Shown here: positions 28,664-39,000 of the stretch, piece after piece
Layout of the letters: the number at the start of each line of letters is the position of its first letter
Position numbering within the stretch: position 1 is the first letter of the stretch
Assembly (NCBI GenBank): GCA_027340875.1
Contig: DAIENX010000007.1
Location: forward strand, 96,001 to 160,000
Reading direction: 5' to 3'
Length of the DNA: 64,000 bases
Source of the DNA: Elusimicrobiota bacterium
Lineage (GTDB): Bacteria > Elusimicrobiota > Elusimicrobia > Elusimicrobiales > UBA9959
The notes under the pieces: generated by a model
What the model was told of the DNA's origin: nothing
What the model saw: the letters and a program-made list of their open reading frames with translations, nothing else
Database searches by the model: none
Made by a program: the position numbers and the translations under genes

Positions 28664-28704
28664 AAAAAACAAGAACCGCGCTTTAGGCGCGGTTCTTGTT
28701 TTTT
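28664..28704. terminator. Bidirectional intrinsic terminator
   Basis: AAAAAACAAGAACCGCGC-TTTAG-GCGCGGTTCTTGTTTTTT between convergent genes. Confidence 0.9.
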
Positions 28705-28714
28705 AAGACGACGG

Positions 28715-29305
28715 TCAGGGCCGGCCTTTGAAACTTCTGGCAACTTTTTCGAAGACCTTCAGGTTCGGGGCGAACTCTTCCCTGGGGGCGCTGAAACGTA
28801 CGACGTAGAAACCGGACTTGGCCGGCAGGACGTAGATCTTCTCCTTCAGGGCCACGCTCTCGTCGGACTTGCTCTCGGGGTGCAGGAACTCGAGCGTCTC
28901 GCTGGACAGCTCGAAGCCCTTCCTGTCGTTCAGCCGGATGTTCTTTACCGGCGCGTAATTCTCCCTGCTGGTTTTTGTCTCTCCCGCAACATTGCGTGAA
29001 TTACGCTTTATGTAGTCCCTGTAATCGTTAAAATCCTCGTTGTCCTTGGAATAATAAGAAATGAATATCGCGATCGGAGCTTTAGCGGATTTAGGCGCAA
29101 CCAATTCTATCTCGTATATCTTATACTCCTCGTCCTGGTCCTTGTCCCGTTTCAGCTCCCAGCTCTCCGGCACCAGGCAGGAGAAATGTCCGCCCTCCAT
29201 GGAATAGGGCTTGTACTGCTCCGCGCGGGCCTTCGGCTGCGCCCCGGCCAAGGACGGAGAGGCCATGAAGGCAAGGAGGCTCAGGTTCAGCAAGGCGTTC
29301 TTCAT
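28715..29305 (-). CDS. Hypothetical secreted protein (possibly PsbP/DcrB-like fold)
   Basis: Signal peptide; FSCLVPESW near the start and FEKVARSF at the end. Confidence 0.65.
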   Translation of the reverse strand: MKNALLNLSLLAFMASPSLAGAQPKARAEQYKPYSMEGGHFSCLVPESWELKRDKDQDEEYKIYEIELVAPKSAKAPIAIFISYYSKDNEDFNDYRDYIKRNSRNVAGETKTSRENYAPVKNIRLNDRKGFELSSETLEFLHPESKSDESVALKEKIYVLPAKSGFYVVRFSAPREEFAPNLKVFEKVARSFKGRP

Positions 29306-31044
29306 ATGGTCAATGGCGGCACGGCCGCGCCGGCCGAGGCTGTGCCGCGCTCCAGCGCTTTCAGGCTTTTGCGGCCCTGCCTGTCCGAGGCGGCGTAACG
29401 GCTCCTGTACGTACCCAGGTTGGACAGGTCCCCCTGTATTTTAACAAGTACCGGCGTCTGTATCTCTTTTACCGAGTAGGCCAGCTCCTCCGGGGACATC
29501 TCCAGCGTCTCGGAAAGGCTTAGGCCTCCTGAGTCCAGGGCGGATTTTTCAGCCGCGGGCATGGTCTCGCGGCGCTCCAACTCCGAGGTTACAGCGCCCA
29601 GAACATGGGCGGCCGCGGTGGACAGCGATGGCAGCCCGGCGGAATATAATTGTCGCACTGTAATCGCGAATCCTTTGGAACCCCGCTTCTGGTACTGCGT
29701 GCCGACATCCATCTTTTTGGCGGCATACGAAGAAAATTCCCTGCTGGAGGTAAGAATATCCTTGAATTTCCGGTCTTTCTGCATTTTCTCCGTCGTATAC
29801 AGCCCCTCCAGCGACATGGCCTCTATCTCATTCTCCTGCACCTGCGGCAGGTATATGCCACGTGAGACGGCCCAGTCGGCCTGCATCTTGTGGGCGGACT
29901 CGTAGACCACGGCCGGGGACATGTACTTGGCTATCTCCGCCACCTGCTCCGGACTGCGCATCAGCGAGTCCGCCGTGTAGCCCTTCACCCGCATGTACTG
30001 CTGTATGGTCTCCGAGTCCAGCACTATGCCGCCGGTGGAGGCGTCGTAGCGGGAATAGGCCCCCTGCACGGGGGCCACGGTTATCTTCAGCCCGCCGGGG
30101 AAGGCGGAAAGCGCGCGGGCTCCGGCCTGCGTGCCGGAGAGCTCTTTCGTCACCGCGGTATTGAGCATGCCGCCCAAGAGCTGGCGCTGCTGGTAAGGCA
30201 GCACCTCGCCCGGCAGCGAGGAACGCGCGGAGTTTATCTTGTTCTTCAGGTCCTGGCTCACGGCGATATCGCTGTTGTCGAACATGTTGCCCAACAGGTA
30301 GAGCTGGTCGTCGAAGGACTTGCCAGAGAGCTGGCTCAGTTGCGCCGGAGACAGGGCCCCGGAGTTCTTCACCTGGATCAGCGCCGCCGCCACCGCCACG
30401 CGGTCCTTCTCGGCCGCAAGGCGCTCGTCGTTGTAGATCAGGAAGGACGGGTCGCGCGCTATCAGCTTCTCTATCACCGCGTTGCGCTCGCGCAGCACCA
30501 TGCCTTCCCAGTTGGCCTTTGTTATGTTCTGCCAGCCGGCCTGGCCCCATTTCATCGTGCGGGTGTCGGTCATCGTGCCGAAGACGACCTCCCACTGCCT
30601 TATGGCCTTCCTCACGGCGGCCTTTTTGGCGGCCGGGTACCTGGGCGCGTACCGGACCAGCCAGGAGAGCAGCTTCTCCGGCTCCGGCCCCACGCCGAGC
30701 AGCGAAAGCGGCTTCTCCACGTCAATGCGGATGGCGAGAGATTTGTTGAGCTGGTTGACCTTGGCGTCGTCCCAGTCCATGTTCAGCAGGTCCTTGAGGT
30801 CCTTGAGCGCCTCGGCCTTGCCCAGCAGCTCCGCGCTCTTGCGCGGGTCGGCCTGGGCCAGCTCGCGGGCCTCGCCGTCCCTCAGGTAAGCGGCCGCGGC
30901 GGCGGGATTGGCGCTGGCTATGGCCAGCTCGTAGGCGGCCAGCCTGTCGGCGGGGTCGCCCTCGGCGGCTCCGGCCCGCAGGCCGCAAACCAGCAGGACC
31001 GCGGCTGTGGCGGTTATGCGGGCGGTCCTGGCGGCGGCGCTCAT
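29302..31044 (-). CDS. Hypothetical secreted protein with degenerate zincin-like motif
   Basis: Signal peptide; VVYESAHKMQ followed by ENEIEA. Confidence 0.65.
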   Translation of the reverse strand: MSAAARTARITATAAVLLVCGLRAGAAEGDPADRLAAYELAIASANPAAAAAYLRDGEARELAQADPRKSAELLGKAEALKDLKDLLNMDWDDAKVNQLNKSLAIRIDVEKPLSLLGVGPEPEKLLSWLVRYAPRYPAAKKAAVRKAIRQWEVVFGTMTDTRTMKWGQAGWQNITKANWEGMVLRERNAVIEKLIARDPSFLIYNDERLAAEKDRVAVAAALIQVKNSGALSPAQLSQLSGKSFDDQLYLLGNMFDNSDIAVSQDLKNKINSARSSLPGEVLPYQQRQLLGGMLNTAVTKELSGTQAGARALSAFPGGLKITVAPVQGAYSRYDASTGGIVLDSETIQQYMRVKGYTADSLMRSPEQVAEIAKYMSPAVVYESAHKMQADWAVSRGIYLPQVQENEIEAMSLEGLYTTEKMQKDRKFKDILTSSREFSSYAAKKMDVGTQYQKRGSKGFAITVRQLYSAGLPSLSTAAAHVLGAVTSELERRETMPAAEKSALDSGGLSLSETLEMSPEELAYSVKEIQTPVLVKIQGDLSNLGTYRSRYAASDRQGRKSLKALERGTASAGAAVPPLTI

Positions 31045-31045
31045 A

Positions 31046-32320
31046 TCACTTAAGCCTCTCCCTCATCATATCGAGCAGATAATCGTCCCAGAGCGAGTCG
31101 GCCGCGAAGGCCAGGCGCTCGTAATTGTCGGAGGCGTAACGCAGGTCCGGAATGTAGACGGCCAGGCCGTTGGCGGCCGTATAGGGATCGCCGTCCGGCG
31201 GCGGTCCGGCCGGCAGAGCCCCGGAGCGTATCAGCAGCGCGCCGGAAATATAGTTCCTCAGCGCCGCGCCCGCGACCCTGACCCGCCCGCCCGCCCTGGG
31301 AGAAGCGTCGACCTTGTCTATGTAATCCACGAGGTCCTTCGAGTCCTTGTTGGAAAAATGCGAAACGGAATCGGTCAGGGTTTTATCGGACGCCGCGGCC
31401 AGGGCCGCCGGGTCGGAACGGATGGCGGAAACCCAGTTGTCCAGCGCCTTTACGAAGGTTGGCAGGGCCGCCGTGCGTACGGCCGAGAGCGTGGCGTTAT
31501 CGCTGCAGCTGGCGATGTACTCGTCCACGATGAGAGCGCCCAGCCGCTCCGCGTTCATGGAGGGGTTCGCGGCAAGGCGCCGGAGTATGGGGGCGTAGGG
31601 ATAGCCGGCATCGGATATGGTCTCCTCGGAGCCCACCACTACGGACGCGGCGTTCCTTAACTCGTAGGCCACTTCGGCCATCTGCATGCGGCAGGCGTCG
31701 GTGGCGAAAACGTCTATCTTGCGGCCAGCGGCGCGGCTTATCTCCTCCATGGCGCGCCCCAGCGAATCGATCTCGATATGGTTCCTGCTGACGTCGTCGA
31801 AGGAGATCCCCTGGAGGCCCGCGCCGTGGTTCCAGACCACCACCGCCAGCTTCCTGGCCGGGTAGAGGCGCAGGCCGCGCCTGGCGAAGCGCACCAGGTT
31901 GGCCGCGCTGCCCATGTCGGAGTCGTTGGAGGAATAGATCACCGGCGAGGTTATCTCCTCAGGGTCCTCGTCGCGGGTTATGTAGAGGGTCTTGGTTCCG
32001 CGCTGGAACCGCAGGTTGGAGTCGTCGTCGGACCCCATCAGCCCGTATTCCGCCAGCACCGCGACCTTATCGGTGGAGCCGACGGCCTCCATCTCGTTGA
32101 TATCCTTCTCGGCGTCCCCCAACATGCCGAGGTCGTTCACCCCGTTGATGAAAACCAGCACCAGCCATTCCCTTTCGGCCGGGACCGCGGCGGCCGCGGG
32201 GGACGGCGCGGAAACCGAGGCCGGGGACGGCAGCGTCAAAGCGCCGAAAGGCGCGTCCTCTGCGACGAGCCCGGTACTTAACGCGGCCAGCGCCGCCAGG
32301 GTAAGCCACAACCGTTTCAT
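31046..32320 (-). CDS. Clostripain-family (C11) cysteine peptidase
   Basis: EWLVLVFINGVNDL, DINEME.VGS, catalytic WNHGAG and TDACRM, VGSEET. Confidence 0.88.
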   Translation of the reverse strand: MKRLWLTLAALAALSTGLVAEDAPFGALTLPSPASVSAPSPAAAAVPAEREWLVLVFINGVNDLGMLGDAEKDINEMEAVGSTDKVAVLAEYGLMGSDDDSNLRFQRGTKTLYITRDEDPEEITSPVIYSSNDSDMGSAANLVRFARRGLRLYPARKLAVVVWNHGAGLQGISFDDVSRNHIEIDSLGRAMEEISRAAGRKIDVFATDACRMQMAEVAYELRNAASVVVGSEETISDAGYPYAPILRRLAANPSMNAERLGALIVDEYIASCSDNATLSAVRTAALPTFVKALDNWVSAIRSDPAALAAASDKTLTDSVSHFSNKDSKDLVDYIDKVDASPRAGGRVRVAGAALRNYISGALLIRSGALPAGPPPDGDPYTAANGLAVYIPDLRYASDNYERLAFAADSLWDDYLLDMMRERLK

Positions 32321-32479
32321 ATATATAGTTTCCACTATCGTTTGACTTTAATCAAAGGTCCAAAGACCCGGCGCGCAATAGGACTTAGGTCCTACCTGGC
32401 GGCGACATATCCTGGAGGGTCGACGGTCCTAATTAATAGTATAGGCCTTTATCTTGACTTGTCAAGGGCCGGGGACGGT

Positions 32480-32938
32480 TCAGAAGCCGGCGTACTTGCG
32501 CACGCTGACCATTCTGGCGTAATAGTATGGATTATATACAGAATCGATGTGCACCCCGTTGCTGAACGAGGCATGAACGAAGAAGCCCTTGCCCACATAG
32601 ATGCCCACGTGGTCCACGCGCGGGGTGCCGGGGTTCTTCATGGCGAAGAAGATCAGGTCGCCCGGCAGGACGGAGGCGGGCGGAAGGCGCTTCGTCTGGG
32701 CGAACTGCTCTGCCGAAACGCGCGGCAGGTAAAGCCCGGCCCGGGCGTAGACCAGCTTGGCGAAGGCGGAGCAGTCCATGCCGGTATCCGGGTGCATTCC
32801 CCCCCAGAGGTACGGGGTGTTCAGGTACGTCATGGTCTCGCGCACCACGCCGGCGCGGGCCTCGGCTATCGTCGCGGCGCGGGCCGACACGGCGACCGAC
32901 AGCAGCAAAGCGGCCAGCGCGGGTTTCAGGAGCCTCAT
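32480..32938 (-). CDS. NlpC/P60 family cell-wall peptidase
   Basis: PYLWGG, DCSAF, LPRVS, PGDLIFF, HVGIY and FVHAS motifs. Confidence 0.93.
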   Translation of the reverse strand: MRLLKPALAALLLSVAVSARAATIAEARAGVVRETMTYLNTPYLWGGMHPDTGMDCSAFAKLVYARAGLYLPRVSAEQFAQTKRLPPASVLPGDLIFFAMKNPGTPRVDHVGIYVGKGFFVHASFSNGVHIDSVYNPYYYARMVSVRKYAGF

Positions 32939-32972
32939 TTTTGTATTATATAACAAGTCGCCAGATATATCG

Positions 32973-33695
32973 ATGAGAACCGCGTTCCTCTCCCTGATAC
33001 TGCTGACCCTGCCGCTGGCCCAGCCGCGCGCGGCCGGCCTGCCCGACCTGAAAAGCCAGGACGCCTGGACCGACAAGGAGAAGAAGGAGTTCCTGGACTA
33101 CCTCAAGACCAGCCAGCCTATGCCGGCCGGCCAGGTAAAAAGCGTGGCGCACATCTCAAACGGGGTCTCTACGGTCCCGCGGAAGCCGGCCTTCGCCTCG
33201 CTGGCGCTGCAATCCGAGGCTTTGGTCATCAACCTCGGCGGCGGGAAAGCAAAGACCGAGACCTCCTACCCCGGACCGAAGCTGCTGGCAGGAGGCCACC
33301 TGTTCTCCTGGGTGCGCTATTACACCGGCCTCAAGTACAACAGCATGGGCCAGGACAGGCTGGACGGAGGACGCTCCCGCATCTCCCACCTGGAGATACC
33401 GGCCGGACTCGAGCTGGCGCTGATACCGCTCGGCACGCCGCAGACCCGCTACGTGCTGCTGCGCGGAGGGGTCTCGGCCCACCGCTTCTCCTCTTCCGCC
33501 CGAAATACGGCTTTCGCCGCCCCGCTGCTGGGCTGGCACCCGGCCTGGAACCTGGGACTGGGCTATGAATGGCAGTTCGACAATTCGCGCTGGCGCTTCC
33601 ACTCGCTGGCCGAAGGCTACCGCTCCTTCGCCCGCTCGGGGAAGACCTCCTTCTCCGGCCTAGGCCTGACGGCCGGCTTCGTCTACACTTTCTGA
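32973..33695 (+). CDS. Putative outer membrane beta-barrel protein
   Basis: Signal peptide, amphipathic strands, C-terminal AGFVYTF. Confidence 0.7.
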   Translation: MRTAFLSLILLTLPLAQPRAAGLPDLKSQDAWTDKEKKEFLDYLKTSQPMPAGQVKSVAHISNGVSTVPRKPAFASLALQSEALVINLGGGKAKTETSYPGPKLLAGGHLFSWVRYYTGLKYNSMGQDRLDGGRSRISHLEIPAGLELALIPLGTPQTRYVLLRGGVSAHRFSSSARNTAFAAPLLGWHPAWNLGLGYEWQFDNSRWRFHSLAEGYRSFARSGKTSFSGLGLTAGFVYTF

Positions 33696-33701
33696 GCCCG
33701 G

Positions 33702-34247
33702 TTATTCCGGGAAGTGCTTCTTCGCGCAGTCGGGGCAGATCCCGTGCGAGAAGCGTATGGGGGAATTCTTCGCTATATAGGACGTCAGCGTCTCATAGGC
33801 CTCGTCGTCGCGGCGTATACGGCCGCAATAGGAACAGATAGGGATAATGGACTTCAGCGTGCCTATCTCGGTGTTCATGCTCAGAATGCGCTGCGCCACC
33901 CTCAGACGCACCCTCAGCAGGTCCTTATCGGGCGGCTTCTGCATGTAATCGTCGGCGCCGGCGTCCATCGCCTCCATGAAATTTATGTTCCCGAGCTTGC
34001 TGCCGGTAAGGATTATGAAGTACACGTATTGCCTGGCAGCGTCGGCACGCACCTTCCTTATCAGCTCCAGCCCTGAAAGCCCCGGCATTATCCAGTCGCA
34101 GACGGCCACCAGTATCTCCCTGTCGGAAAGCGCCACCAGAGCCTCCGTGCCGTTGGAAGCGTAGACCGGCTTATGCCCGCACAGCTCCACTATCCGTCCC
34201 GCCACCATCCTGCTGGCGCTATCGTCATCAGCTATGAGTATCTTCAT
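33702..34247 (-). CDS. Response regulator with C-terminal Cys/His-rich domain
   Basis: MKILIADDD, DWIMPG, GADDYMQKP; tail IPICSYC...FSHGICPDC. Confidence 0.88.
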   Translation of the reverse strand: MKILIADDDSASRMVAGRIVELCGHKPVYASNGTEALVALSDREILVAVCDWIMPGLSGLELIRKVRADAARQYVYFIILTGSKLGNINFMEAMDAGADDYMQKPPDKDLLRVRLRVAQRILSMNTEIGTLKSIIPICSYCGRIRRDDEAYETLTSYIAKNSPIRFSHGICPDCAKKHFPE

Positions 34248-34400
34248 TAGATATCCCCCTGGAGGCCTATAATAGCATAATGGGCTTCCGCCTTGGACCG
34301 GTCCCGAGGACTCGCGCGGGGGCAAACCCGTCTTTCGCGGCGGCCCTATGAAACTTTTTCGCCTTCCCCGCATCTCATTGGTGCAGGAAAGGAGAAAAGC

Positions 34401-35753
34401 ATGGACCTGAAGAAGCTTCCGCTGGCTACAATACTGATACTCCCCCTCGCCGCCTACGCCAGGGCGGGCCTGACGCTGGAGCAGGCCGTGGACCGCGGGT
34501 TAAAAGTCGACAATGTGATAAGAACGGAGGCCGCCAGGGTGAGCGGGGCCAAGGCCGGTCTTAAGCAGGCCAGGATGAGCCGCTTCGGCGGGCTGAAGCT
34601 CAAGGGCATGTATACCGACGGGAACGACCCGGTCTACGCTTTCGCCACGGCGATGAAGCAGGGCACTTTCGGCATGGCCTCCCTGGCCACGATAAACGAC
34701 CCGGACCCGGCGCGCAACTACATGGCAGGCGTGGAGGCCGGGGTCCCGCTGTTCACCGGCTTCGCCATTTCCAACGCGGAAAAGATGGGAAAGCTCGGCG
34801 TAGAGGCGGCCGAGGCCGGCTACGCCCGCGCCAACTCGGGCATAACCTTCAAGATAGCCTACCAGTGGATGATGGTCCTGCTGCGCGCCCGGCTGGCCGG
34901 CCTGGCCGCCGACAGCGTCGCGGCGGCGGAAACCGAGCTCAAGACCGCCCAGATGCTCAAGGACAAGGGCATGGTGCTGGGCTCGGACTATTACGGCGCC
35001 GAGGCCATACTTTCCACGCTGCGCGGCTACAAACTGGAGTGGGACAAGGCGCTGGAGCTGGAGAAGGAGAAGCTGGGTATAGCGGTAGGCCTGCCCGGCG
35101 GGGCCGAGGTTTCCGGCGAGCTGCGCGACCCGGGCTACCCCGCCCTCGACCGGGGCCGGCTCGAGGACGGAGCCGCCGGCCGCAAGGACGTGCTGGCCCT
35201 GCGCAAGATGGCGCAGATCTCCAGGACGGCCGAGAAGATGCAGGAGAACTCCGTGCTGCCGGTAGTGGAGGCGTTCGGCTCCTGGGAGACCAATTCGGAG
35301 AGCCTTTCCGATTTCAAGGGCAACCGCATGCTCGGCCTGCGCCTGACCATGCCCATAGGCGACCCCGCCTGGTTCGCCAGGCGCGACGGCGCCAGGGCCG
35401 AGGCCTCCATGGCCTCCAGCCGCGCCGACGAAGCCGATAAGCAGGCCGCCGTAGAGCTGTCGGAAGCCCTCAACAATTACAGCTCCGCGCTCGAGACCCT
35501 GCCGGTCACGAAGGAGACCGTGGAGAAGGCCAAGCAGTCCCTGGAGCTGTTCCGCCCGCTGTACCGCCAGGGCCGCCAGAGCGTTCTGGAGGTGCTGCGC
35601 GCGCAGGCCAGCGTGCTGCAGGCCGAGGCCGCCTACTACCAGGACCTTTTCAAGCTGAACCTCTACCATGCGCAGGCCCTGCTGGCCTCGGAGACGCTGG
35701 ACGCCGCCGCGGTCAAGGACATCTCCGGCAGGCTGTCCGCAGGGAACTATTAG
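34401..35753 (+). CDS. TolC family outer membrane efflux protein
   Basis: SD AGGAG; LTLEQAV, PLFTG, YRQG..SVLEVLRAQ; upstream of an RND permease. Confidence 0.88.
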   Translation: MDLKKLPLATILILPLAAYARAGLTLEQAVDRGLKVDNVIRTEAARVSGAKAGLKQARMSRFGGLKLKGMYTDGNDPVYAFATAMKQGTFGMASLATINDPDPARNYMAGVEAGVPLFTGFAISNAEKMGKLGVEAAEAGYARANSGITFKIAYQWMMVLLRARLAGLAADSVAAAETELKTAQMLKDKGMVLGSDYYGAEAILSTLRGYKLEWDKALELEKEKLGIAVGLPGGAEVSGELRDPGYPALDRGRLEDGAAGRKDVLALRKMAQISRTAEKMQENSVLPVVEAFGSWETNSESLSDFKGNRMLGLRLTMPIGDPAWFARRDGARAEASMASSRADEADKQAAVELSEALNNYSSALETLPVTKETVEKAKQSLELFRPLYRQGRQSVLEVLRAQASVLQAEAAYYQDLFKLNLYHAQALLASETLDAAAVKDISGRLSAGNY

Positions 35754-35785
35754 CCGCAAAGCCCCGCTTGAACCGCAGGGACGGA

Positions 35786-35952
35786 CGGGCGTTCTTCCAC
35801 GAACCCGTTGCGGAAGGGGGGGCCCCGTACTTTAAGACAAAGCGGGGATCGAGGAGAGGAGACCGGAAATTTCAGGCCCGCGGCGGGACCAAAGTACGGG
35901 GGGAAACCGACGCAAGGGTTTCCATCTTCCAGGGTTCGCGGAAGAACGCCCG
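35786..35952. repeat. Long imperfect inverted repeat between tolC and the RND gene
   Basis: CGGGCGTTCTTCCACGAACCC / GGGTTCGCGGAAGAACGCCCG outer arms; inner arms CCCCGTACTTT / AAAGTACGGGG. Confidence 0.7.
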
Positions 35953-36026
35953 GACAGCCAGACGGAACAAAAATACGCGTCGGACGACAGGACCCCGACG
36001 GAAACCTTAGAACATCGGAGCGACAA

Positions 36027-39000
36027 ATGCAGAACCCAGAACACAAGTACGGCATGGCCGGGCGCATAGCGGAGAGCTTCATAGGCTCCCGCCTCACCCC
36101 CATCCTGATAATAACCTTCATCCTGCTCGGCGTCTTCTCGACGTTCAAGCTGCCGCGCGAGGAGGAACCGCAGATCAACGTGCCCATGTTCGACATCATG
36201 GTGCCGTTCTACGGCGCGGCGCCCAAGGAGATAGAGAAGCACCTCGTCGAAGTGGGCGAGCGCAAGCTCTGGGAGATACCCGGCGTAGAGTACATCTACT
36301 CGATGGCCCAGCCCAACTTCGCGATGTTCACCGTGCGCTTCAAGGTGGGCACTTCCCCCGAGACCGCGGCCAACCTGATCTACACCAAGACGCTCGACAA
36401 CAAGGACATCTTCCCGCGCGGCACCGGAGAGCCGCTGATCAAGTTCCGCGCTATCGACGACGTGCCCGTGCTGGCGCTGACGCTCTGGGGCAGGGACAAG
36501 AGCGGCTACGACCTGCGCCGCGTAGCGGCCAGGATACAGACCGAGATCAACTCCGTCCAGAACGTCTCCGAGACGCGCATCATCGGCGGCCACAAGCGGC
36601 AGTTCATAGTGCATTTCGACCCGGTCTCCATCGCGCGCCACCGCCTGACCCCGCCGATGCTGGCCGGCATCATCAAGATGTCCAACGCCAACCTGCCCGC
36701 CGGGCACTACAACAAGGGCGATACCGTCCTGCTGGCCCAGACCGACGCCTTCGTCCGCAGCGCCGAGGACCTCCGCAACATCGTGGTCGGCGTCTACGAC
36801 GGCAAGCCGGTGCGCCTCTCCGAGGTCGCCGACATCGCCGACGGCCCCGACGAGGAGGAGCGCTCCGTCACGATGCTGCAGGGCCCCGCCTCCAGCTCCA
36901 AGGCCGGTCCGTCCGACGCGGTAACCCTCTCCGTGGCCAAGCGCCGCGGCGCCAACGCCACCGAGGTGGCCCGCGAGATACTCTCCCGCGTAGAGGCCAT
37001 GAAAGGAAAGGAGATACCCGACGGCGTCAGCCTGACCGTCACGCGCAACTACGGCGAGACCGCCAAGGCCAAGTCCGACGAGCTGATCTACCACATGCTG
37101 CTGGCCACGCTGTCGGTCACCGTGCTGATAGCCCTTACGCTGGGCCTGCGCGAGGCCGCCGTAGTGCTGGTGGCCATCCCGGTCACGCTGGCGCTGACGA
37201 TGCTGGTCTACTTCCTGTACGGCTACACGCTGAACCGCATCACGCTGTTCGCGCTGATCTTCTCCATCGGCATCCTGGTCGACGACGCGATAGTCGTGGT
37301 GGAGAACATCAACCGCCACTGCATGCTCCACAGGAAGAACTCGCTGTTCCGGAACATCCTGAACGCGGTGGACGAGGTGGGCAATCCCACGATACTCGCG
37401 ACCTGGACCGTGATAGCCTCGATACTCCCGATGGCCTTCGTGCGCGGCCTGATGGGCCCCTACATGCGTCCGATACCGATAGGCGCCTCCGTCGCGATGC
37501 TGTTCTCGCTCGGCGTGGCCTTCGCCTTCACGCCGTGGCTGTACGCCAAGGTGGTGGAGAAATGGCCGCTGAAGCACCACGGCCACGGCAGGGAGGGCGC
37601 GCTGGACCGCTGGTACCGCGGCCTGATGAAGAAGCTGATCTATAAGCCGGCCGCGGGCAGGCAGTTCCTGCTCTTCACCGCGCTGCTGCTGGCCGGGGCG
37701 CTGGCGATGGTCGCCTTCAGGCTGGTCATCTTCAAGACGCTGCCGTTCGACAACAAGAACGAGTTCCAGGTCATCATCAACATGCCGGAAAGCTCGTCGC
37801 TGGCGCGCACCGAGAAGGCCGCGAAGGAGATGGCGGCCTACCTCTCCACCGTGCCGGAGGTCCGCGACCTGCAGGTCTACGCCGGCACCTCCGCGCCGTA
37901 CAACTTCAACGGCCTGGTGCGCCACTACTTCCTGCGGCGCGAGCCCTACCAGGCCGACATACAGGTCAATCTCTCCGACAAGCACGAGCGCAGGCGCCAG
38001 AGCCACGACATCGCGCTGGCGGCCAGGCCGAAGCTCAAGGAGATAGCGGACTCCTACGGCGCCCGCGTGCAGGTGGCCGAGGTGCCGCCCGGCCCGCCGG
38101 TGCTGGCCACGATGCTGGTGGAGGTCTACGACCCCAACCCCAAGAACCAGCGCGCGCTGGCCGAGGAGATAAAGAACCTGCTCCGGAAGTCCGACGGCAT
38201 AGTGGACGTGGATTCCTACATACCCGACGACCAGCCGATAACCCGCCTGGAGGTGGACCGCCAGAAGGCCACGCTCAACGGCATAGCGGCGGCGGACATA
38301 GTGCAGACCGCGGCCATGTCCCTCTCCGGCGCGGACATAGACTCGGCGCACGTGGAGGACGAGAACGAGGCGGTCGACATCAGGCTGCGCCTCTCGCCGG
38401 AGAAGCGCCGCGAGCTGTCCACGCTCAAGGAGATAAAGTTCTTCTCCCCCAACGGCACCGCGATACCGATGGCCAGTTTCGTCAAGGCCGAGAACGGGCT
38501 CGAGAACCAGCCCATCTACCGCAAGAACCTGCAGCGCGTGGCGTACGTCACGGCCGACATAGCCGGCGGCACCGAAAGCCCGGTCTACGCCGTGCTCGAC
38601 CTCAAGAAGAAGATAGACGAGCTCTCCCGGGCGCGCGGCGCGGAGATAAAGCAGTACTTCACGCGCCAGCCCGACAGCGCCTCCGAGACCGCGATCAAGT
38701 GGGACGGCGAGTGGCAGATAACCTACGAGGTGTTCAGGGACCTCGGCCTCGCGTTCGCGATGGTGCTGGTGCTCATCTACATCCTCGTCGTGGCCTGGTT
38801 CGAGGATTTCCTGACGCCGTTCATCATCATGGCCGCGATACCTATGGCGCTGATAGGCATCATACCGGCGCACTGGGCGATGCGCGCCTTCTTCACGGCC
38901 ACGTCGATGATAGGCTTTATCGCGTCGGCGGGCATCGTCGTGCGCAACTCCATCATCCTGGTGGACTTCATCAATCTGAAGGTGAGAGAGGGTATGGAAC

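Noticed and set aside
35808..36026. N-terminal extension of the RND ORF from 35808
   Set aside because: It runs through the palindromic intergenic element. ATG 36027 has an SD and a typical RND N-terminus.
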